Positions 58,481 through 64,000 of a stretch of DNA of 64,000 nt are shown piece after piece. Positions within the stretch are counted from its first letter, which is position 1, and each line of letters begins with the position of its first letter. The position numbers were made by a program, and so were the translations under genes. The notes below the pieces were generated by a model. The model was not told the DNA's origin. It searched no databases and saw only the letters and a list, made by a program, of their open reading frames with translations. Source of the DNA: Ferruginibacter sp. (GTDB lineage: Bacteria; Bacteroidota; Bacteroidia; Chitinophagales; Chitinophagaceae); NCBI GenBank assembly GCA_047601875.1, contig JASGIL010000001.1, positions 3,645,294 to 3,709,293 of the forward strand, written 5' to 3'.

Positions 58481-59899
58481 ATGACTGAAACAACTCCTTC
58501 CTTTAAGCCAACACTTGGTTTATTCGACGCAACAATGATCGTTGCAGGTTCTATGATCGGTTCAGGAATATTCATCGTTAGTGCAGACATAACACGCAAT
58601 GTAGGCAGTGCAGGCTGGCTCATAGCGATATGGCTCATTACAGGATTTATGACGCTTACCGCGGCAGTAAGCTATGGAGAATTAAGTTCCATGTTTCCAA
58701 AAGCAGGAGGCCAGTATGTTTATTTAAAAGAAGCATTTAACCCGCTCGCCGGTTTTTTATATGGTTGGAGTTTTTTTGCCGTTATACAAACAGCTACCAT
58801 TGCAGCAGTTGGTGTAGCCTTCTCAAAATTTGCAGGATATTTTATACCGGCACTGGAAGTTACAGATAGCAATATTATTTTCCAGCTTGGAAGTTTTAAG
58901 GTTTATCCTGCACAACTCGTATCGATCGTGCTGATCATCTTTCTCACTTATATTAATACAAAAGGTGTAAAAGGTGGTAAAACAATACAAACAACTTTCA
59001 CAGTTGTAAAATTAGTATCACTGTTCGGGTTGATCATTTTTGGTTTTTTGATGGCATCAAAGCCTGGCGTGTGGAGCGCAAACTGGGCCGATGCATGGAG
59101 TATGAAAGGTTTGAGTGCAGACGGAACGATGACCGGTGTTGCAGGAAGTGCCATACTGGGAGCAATAGCCGCTTCTATGGTGGGCTCAATATTCAGCAGT
59201 GATGCATGGAACAACGTAACATTCATTGCAGGAGAAGTGAAAAATCCAAAAAGAAATATCGGGCTGGCTTTATTTTTTGGAACATTGATCGTTACACTTA
59301 TTTATGTAACAGCAAACCTGATGTACATAAATGTGTTGCCTTTACATGATATTGCTTATGCACCACAGGACCGTGTAGCCGTAGCAGCAAGCAATGCGAT
59401 TTTTGGAAACATCGGTACCTATGTTATTGCTGTGATGATCATGATCTCCACTTTTGGTTGTAACAATGGATTGATACTTGCCGGGGCAAGGGTTTATTAT
59501 ACAATGGCAAAAGATGGTTTATTCTTTAAGAAAACAGGACAGCTGAATGATCATGGCGTACCGGAATTTGCATTGTGGATACAATGTGTTGTTGCCGGTG
59601 CATTGTGCCTGAGTGGTAAATACGGCGATCTCCTGGATATGATATCATTTGTTGTGGTGCTATTCTATGCACTAACAATATTGGGCATATTCATTCTCAG
59701 AAAAAAACAACCCAATGCAGAACGCCCATACAAAGCTTTTGGTTACCCGATTTTACCGGCGATCTATATACTGATGGCCATTGCATTTTGTGTATTGCTC
59801 ATCAAATTCAAACCAACATTTACATGGCCGGGTCTTATCATTGTATTGATAGGAATTCCTATTTATTATCTTGCAGTTGCAAATAAAAACAAAGCCTGA
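58481..59899 (+). CDS. APC-superfamily amino acid permease
   Basis: 12 TM helices, with GLFDATMIVAGSMIGSGIF. Confidence 0.85.
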   Translation: MTETTPSFKPTLGLFDATMIVAGSMIGSGIFIVSADITRNVGSAGWLIAIWLITGFMTLTAAVSYGELSSMFPKAGGQYVYLKEAFNPLAGFLYGWSFFAVIQTATIAAVGVAFSKFAGYFIPALEVTDSNIIFQLGSFKVYPAQLVSIVLIIFLTYINTKGVKGGKTIQTTFTVVKLVSLFGLIIFGFLMASKPGVWSANWADAWSMKGLSADGTMTGVAGSAILGAIAASMVGSIFSSDAWNNVTFIAGEVKNPKRNIGLALFFGTLIVTLIYVTANLMYINVLPLHDIAYAPQDRVAVAASNAIFGNIGTYVIAVMIMISTFGCNNGLILAGARVYYTMAKDGLFFKKTGQLNDHGVPEFALWIQCVVAGALCLSGKYGDLLDMISFVVVLFYALTILGIFILRKKQPNAERPYKAFGYPILPAIYILMAIAFCVLLIKFKPTFTWPGLIIVLIGIPIYYLAVANKNKA

Positions 59900-59904
59900 T
59901 CAAT

Positions 59905-60900
59905 ATGAGTGCTACTGATTTTAATAAACTGTTTCAATCATTCACACAAATTAAAGTGGGTGTGATCGGTGATATGATGCTGGATACTTATTGGTGGGGC
60001 AGGGTAGATCGCATTTCACCTGAAGCACCTGTGCCCGTTGTTGCGGTAAGCAAAAAAGAACAACGTATTGGCGGTGCAGGCAATGTTGCATTGAATATAC
60101 AATCACTTGGTGCAACAGTTCATGCGATCAGTGTGTTGGGCGATGATGCAGATGGGGAGCAGCTTACAGATTTATTAAAAAGCAATAATATCAATACTGG
60201 TTACCTGCTTAAAAGCGGTGGTCGTATTACCACGAACAAGATTCGCATCATAAGTCGCAACCAGCACATGATGCGGCTTGATGCAGAGATTACCAAAGAA
60301 CTTGCAACAACAGAAGAAGAAAAACTGGTAGCATGTTTTGAAGAATATATAAAGAAAGAAAAACCACAGATCGTAATACTGGAAGATTATAACAAAGGTG
60401 TACTTACACCTGCGGTAATAGAAAAGGTAATTTCTCTTTGTAAGGCCAATAATATTTTGACAGCAGTAGATCCAAAGCGAAAGAATTTTTTTGCTTATCG
60501 CTTTGCAGATATTTTTAAACCAAATCTTCATGAGGCGAAGGAAGGGTTGAATATCATCAGTGATGAAGTAACAGGTGAACTGCTTTCCAATATTCACGCA
60601 GCACTGTTTGAAAAATTAAATCATCATATCTCTTTTATAACACTTTCTGAAAAAGGTGTTTTTTATCAAACCAATAATGAGAAGGCAATCATACCAACAC
60701 ATATCCGCAGCATTGCAGATGTGAGTGGTGCAGGCGATACCGTTATTGCAGTAGCATCGGTAGTGTATGCAGCAACAAAAGATATTAAGCTAATGGCCGA
60801 AATGGCAAATATTGCCGGTGGATTGGTTTGCGAAGAAGTAGGTACAGTTGCTATCGATAAGAATAAATTTCTGCTGGAATGCCAGCAACTTCTAAAATAA
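59905..60900 (+). CDS. PfkB-family sugar kinase, RfaE domain-I-like (D-glycero-beta-D-manno-heptose-7-phosphate kinase)
   Basis: VIGDMMLDTYWWGRVDRISPEAPVPVV, GGAGNVA and the C-terminal DVSGAGDTV. Confidence 0.7.
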   Translation: MSATDFNKLFQSFTQIKVGVIGDMMLDTYWWGRVDRISPEAPVPVVAVSKKEQRIGGAGNVALNIQSLGATVHAISVLGDDADGEQLTDLLKSNNINTGYLLKSGGRITTNKIRIISRNQHMMRLDAEITKELATTEEEKLVACFEEYIKKEKPQIVILEDYNKGVLTPAVIEKVISLCKANNILTAVDPKRKNFFAYRFADIFKPNLHEAKEGLNIISDEVTGELLSNIHAALFEKLNHHISFITLSEKGVFYQTNNEKAIIPTHIRSIADVSGAGDTVIAVASVVYAATKDIKLMAEMANIAGGLVCEEVGTVAIDKNKFLLECQQLLK

Positions 60901-60905
60901 AAAGT

Positions 60906-61640
60906 ATGAGACTTGTTCTTGTTCTTTTGATGTCTTCCCTTTTATTATTTTCCTGCAATCAAAATAAGGAAATTGATTTTCATAAAACTTCATGGAAACC
61001 CATTGATACAGCTGGTTATTATGAATATATAACTACTAAGATTACCGAAGATCCGGCTGTAAATAAGAAAGTAGTTTTAAAATTAGTTGGTTGGTTAAAT
61101 AATGATAGTAATAAGATAGATTCTTCTTCAATTCATGATCCTGATGCACTTGCATCCTTTTTTAAACCGGAGTTAAGCAATTATGATTTTGCAAGATCAC
61201 TAGGGGCGAATTCTACTGGTTATATTAAAATGGATTTCAAAAAATACCTGTTTGTCAGTTTCAAGAATGCAATTCATTTTACCGTTTATTTTTCAAAAGA
61301 TCACAGTTTTGAAGAGCTCCAAAAAGATTCTGCTAGACTTTCTGCAATGAAAATATTCAAAGAAATAGATATTATGTCTTCTGAAAAGGCAGCAAAGAAA
61401 TGGGAGGAGGAAAATGATACTACATGGAGAAAATTTATAACAGATAATCCATTGCCTGTATCATTGGAGTTGAAGCTAAATGATCCTTTTCTTCAGAAAA
61501 ATAAGTTTGATTCTGTAGAGCATTTATTGGAAAATGAATTACCTGGTAAAACTCAAATAATGACAGGTGGGATAAAGAGGATATTGGACAATGAGTTTTA
61601 TAAAAACGCTACACTTATTTTTAAGTTTACCATTTTCTGA
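60906..61640 (+). CDS. hypothetical lipoprotein
   Basis: Lipobox LLLFSCNQ. No recognisable domain. Start set at the ATG at 60906. Confidence 0.45.
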   Translation: MRLVLVLLMSSLLLFSCNQNKEIDFHKTSWKPIDTAGYYEYITTKITEDPAVNKKVVLKLVGWLNNDSNKIDSSSIHDPDALASFFKPELSNYDFARSLGANSTGYIKMDFKKYLFVSFKNAIHFTVYFSKDHSFEELQKDSARLSAMKIFKEIDIMSSEKAAKKWEEENDTTWRKFITDNPLPVSLELKLNDPFLQKNKFDSVEHLLENELPGKTQIMTGGIKRILDNEFYKNATLIFKFTIF

Positions 61641-61779
61641 TAAATAGCCTTTCTTATCCCATTAGCAAATATTAAACAAACCACATTGTTCTTTAATGAC
61701 CATTTAAGCTTTCTTCTAAAAGATTCGATGGTATTTGGGCATTAATTAAATATTTTTGTGCCATAAACCAACAAGGAAT

Positions 61780-62730
61780 ATGCGACCATTTTCAATTGTA
61801 ATACACGGCGGTGCCGGAACGATCCTGAAATCAGATATGACTCCTGAACTGGAGGAAGCTTATATTCTTGCATTGGAAGATGCATTGAATGCCGGCTATG
61901 CAGTACTGGAGCAGGACGGTACTTCAGCAAATGCAGTGAAAGCTGCTATCGTAGTGCTGGAGGATAATCTATTGTTTAATGCGGGCCGTGGTTCTGTTTT
62001 TACAAAGAAGGGGCTACAGGAAATGGATGCTGCTATCATGGACGGGCAAACGCTGGAAGCAGGTGCAGTTGCTGCAGTGCGTAACGTTAGAAACCCGATA
62101 GAACTTGCCACCGAAGTGATGACAAACAGCAACCATGTTTTTTTAAGTGGCAAAGGCGCCAATGATTTTGCCATCAAGCAAGGAATAAAATTAGAACCCG
62201 ACGAATATTTTTTCTCACAGTTCCGCTATGATCAATGGAAGGAAATGCGTGACAGTGATAATTATTCTTTGGACCATACCCACCAGGGACTGGAAGAATT
62301 GATGAAGGATAAAAAATTCGGAACCGTTGGAGCAGTGGCGTGCGATATTTTTGGAAACATTGCAGCGGCTACGAGTACCGGTGGTATGACCAATAAAAAA
62401 TATGGCCGCATTGGAGATAGTCCCATCATTGGAGCAGGAACCTATGCGAATAATAAAACCTGTGCAATCAGTTGTACCGGTCACGGTGAGCCGTTTATAA
62501 GAGCGGTTGCAGCACATACTGTAAGTTGCCTGATGGAATATAAAGGGTTGAATTTGCAGGAAGCAATGGATGAAGTAGTGCATGGTAAACTTGTAGAAAT
62601 GGAAGGAGAAGGCGGTATGATCGGGGTAGATGCGCAGGGGAATACAGCCATGGCGTTTAATAGTGCGGGGATGTACAGGGCGATGAAGAATAGTGATGGG
62701 GAGATCGTAATCGGAATTTATAAGGACTAA
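61780..62730 (+). CDS. isoaspartyl peptidase / L-asparaginase (Ntn hydrolase)
   Basis: IVIHGGAG, the autoprocessing site KFGTVGAVA, and GAGTYA. Start set at the ATG at 61780. Confidence 0.85.
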   Translation: MRPFSIVIHGGAGTILKSDMTPELEEAYILALEDALNAGYAVLEQDGTSANAVKAAIVVLEDNLLFNAGRGSVFTKKGLQEMDAAIMDGQTLEAGAVAAVRNVRNPIELATEVMTNSNHVFLSGKGANDFAIKQGIKLEPDEYFFSQFRYDQWKEMRDSDNYSLDHTHQGLEELMKDKKFGTVGAVACDIFGNIAAATSTGGMTNKKYGRIGDSPIIGAGTYANNKTCAISCTGHGEPFIRAVAAHTVSCLMEYKGLNLQEAMDEVVHGKLVEMEGEGGMIGVDAQGNTAMAFNSAGMYRAMKNSDGEIVIGIYKD

Positions 62731-62771
62731 ATAAGTATTCAACGTACAATATCTATTTTTTAAGCATAGTA

Positions 62772-62824
62772 GTTTGGTGTTTGTAGTTTGGTGTTAATAG
62801 AACACCAAACTACAAACACCAAAC
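62772..62824. repeat. perfect 24-bp-stem hairpin (GTTTGGTGTTTGTAG words), 5-nt loop
   Basis: gtttggtgtttgtagtttggtgtt-aatag-aacaccaaactacaaacaccaaac. Confidence 0.85.
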
Positions 62825-62839
62825 GTTTTATTTGAGCAC

Positions 62840-63514
62840 ATGAAAAAATTTGCAATAATTGTAGCCGGTGGTAGTGGCAGCAGGATGAATAGCTCTTTAC
62901 CGAAACAATTTCTTCTCTTAAAAGGAAAACCTGTACTATATTATACGATCAGCGCTTTTTTAAATGCTTACGACGACTGCAAAATAATATTGGTATTACC
63001 TGAGGATCATGTTGCAGCTGGCCAGGAGATCATTGATGCTTTTTTTGATTATAGCAGGATACAGATCGCTATCGGCGGTCGCACACGTTTTCATTCTGTT
63101 CAAAATGGTTTGCAACTGGTAGATGAAGACAGTGTTGTTTTTGTTCATGATGCTGTTCGCTGTTTATTGACAAAAGAACTTATTCATCGCTGTTATGATG
63201 CAGTGATTGAGTTTGGTTCTGCAGTTCCTGTAATTGCATCCAAAGACAGTTTAAGGATCGTTACCGAAGATGGTAATGAACCGATCGATCGTGATCTTGT
63301 TAAACTCGTACAAACTCCACAGGCTTTTTACAGCAAGATATTACTCCCCGCATTTAATATAGATTATAAAGATAAGTTTACAGATGAAGCTACCGTTGTA
63401 GAAGCATTTGGACTTAAAATTTATTTGGTGGAAGGGGAAGACAACAACATTAAAATTACAAGACCGGTTGACCTGGTTATAGCAGAAAAATTATTAGATG
63501 CAGTTGTTAAATAA
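62840..63514 (+). CDS. ispD: 2-C-methyl-D-erythritol 4-phosphate cytidylyltransferase
   Basis: AIIVAGGSGSRM...LPKQFL, VHDAVRC and KITRPVDL. Confidence 0.9.
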   Translation: MKKFAIIVAGGSGSRMNSSLPKQFLLLKGKPVLYYTISAFLNAYDDCKIILVLPEDHVAAGQEIIDAFFDYSRIQIAIGGRTRFHSVQNGLQLVDEDSVVFVHDAVRCLLTKELIHRCYDAVIEFGSAVPVIASKDSLRIVTEDGNEPIDRDLVKLVQTPQAFYSKILLPAFNIDYKDKFTDEATVVEAFGLKIYLVEGEDNNIKITRPVDLVIAEKLLDAVVK

Positions 63515-63529
63515 ATGAATATTGTACGA

Positions 63530-64000
63530 GAATATTCTATTTGCTCCGGCGGAGCATTCATTAGCAGGATATATTTATAAAATTGGAATCGTTCCGTAGG
63601 AACGATTTGTATTTATCGGTGTACACTACGTTCCTACGTAACGAAATGAATGATTCAAATCATCATTCTATAAACGAAGTGCTCCGATGGAGCATGTTTC
63701 GAATAATAAAATAAAAAATCAGCAAATCTGTGGCAATTACTACCGCTTAAATATTTATACCTGCGCTAATAACGCGAATATTCTATTTGCTCCGGCGGAG
63801 CATTTCATTTGCAGGATATATTTATATAATTGGAATCGTTCCGTAGGAACGATTTGTATTTATGGCTGTACACTACGTTCCTACGTAACGAAATGAATGA
63901 TTCAAATCATCATTCTATAAACGAAGTGTTCGGATGGAGCATGTTTCGAATAATAAAATAAAAAATCAGCAAATCTGTGGCAATTATTACCGCTTAAATA
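63530..64000. repeat. tandem direct repeat, unit about 246-247 bp, at least 1.9 copies, truncated by the window edge
   Basis: Copy 1 is 63530-63775 and copy 2 is 63776-64000+. I count about 8 differences over about 225 aligned nt. Each unit contains several short hairpins, for example tgctcc-ggc-ggagca, aatcgttcc-gta-ggaacgatt and tgctcc-gat-ggagca. Confidence 0.85.

Noticed and set aside
9769-63540. Dispersed repeats as a possible CRISPR array
   Set aside because: The copies are palindromic, are separated by whole genes and show no regular repeat-spacer periodicity. No cas genes are present.
63687-63896. 69-aa ORF in the terminal repeat region
   Set aside because: It spans the boundary between two tandem repeat units and has low-complexity content. 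The repeat structure explains the open frame.

Overview
This window looks like a Bacteroidota chromosome, probably Chitinophagaceae or Sphingobacteriia-like. Three things support that: T9SS PorV/PorU-like genes, TAnnTTTG -7 promoter boxes, and the gene order rpsU-xer-hpf-tRNAs-tuf-tRNATrp-secE-nusG-rplKAJL-rpoBC. Most of the window is housekeeping or envelope metabolism. It holds a thioredoxin/ApbE/DUF4266/DUF3570 module, an alpha-oxoamine synthase, a PafA-like phosphatase, two tRNA-Gln, cyanophycin synthetase and cyanophycinase, tyrS, and a PorV-like plus giant C25/PorU-like pair. It also holds an Hsp70/HscA-like gene, a GT2-methyltransferase-YfhO-acyltransferase cluster, ribE, a LytS/LytTR two-component pair, OmpH, an APC permease, a heptose kinase, an isoaspartyl peptidase and ispD.

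The main anomaly is a break in the normally contiguous nusG-rplK junction (about 31.9-38.7 kb). About 6.8 kb of AT-rich accessory DNA sits there. Roughly 5 kb of it is bracketed by a diverged direct duplication of the nusG 3' end plus its terminator, which resembles attL/attR. That 5 kb carries a translationally coupled membrane beta-sandwich protein and secreted coiled-coil/TPR protein, and a Tat-exported flavin amine oxidase. Just outside the duplication, on the opposite strand, is a single gene fusing a TIR domain to a GGDEF-type (palm) nucleotide-cyclase-like domain whose signature reads NSDEF. I rank this as the best candidate for an undescribed conflict or signalling system.

Other notable observations:
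- at least four families of long intergenic hairpins whose arms are built from short repeated words
- a four-helix-bundle (23S-IVS/Avd-like) gene bracketed by inverted repeats
- a roughly 250-bp nested palindrome upstream of the LytS-like kinase
- a degenerate extra tRNA inside a thrU-tyrU-glyT-thrT-tuf-like cluster
- a roughly 247-bp tandem repeat running off the 3' edge

All functional calls come from reading motifs in the translations by eye. No database search was run.
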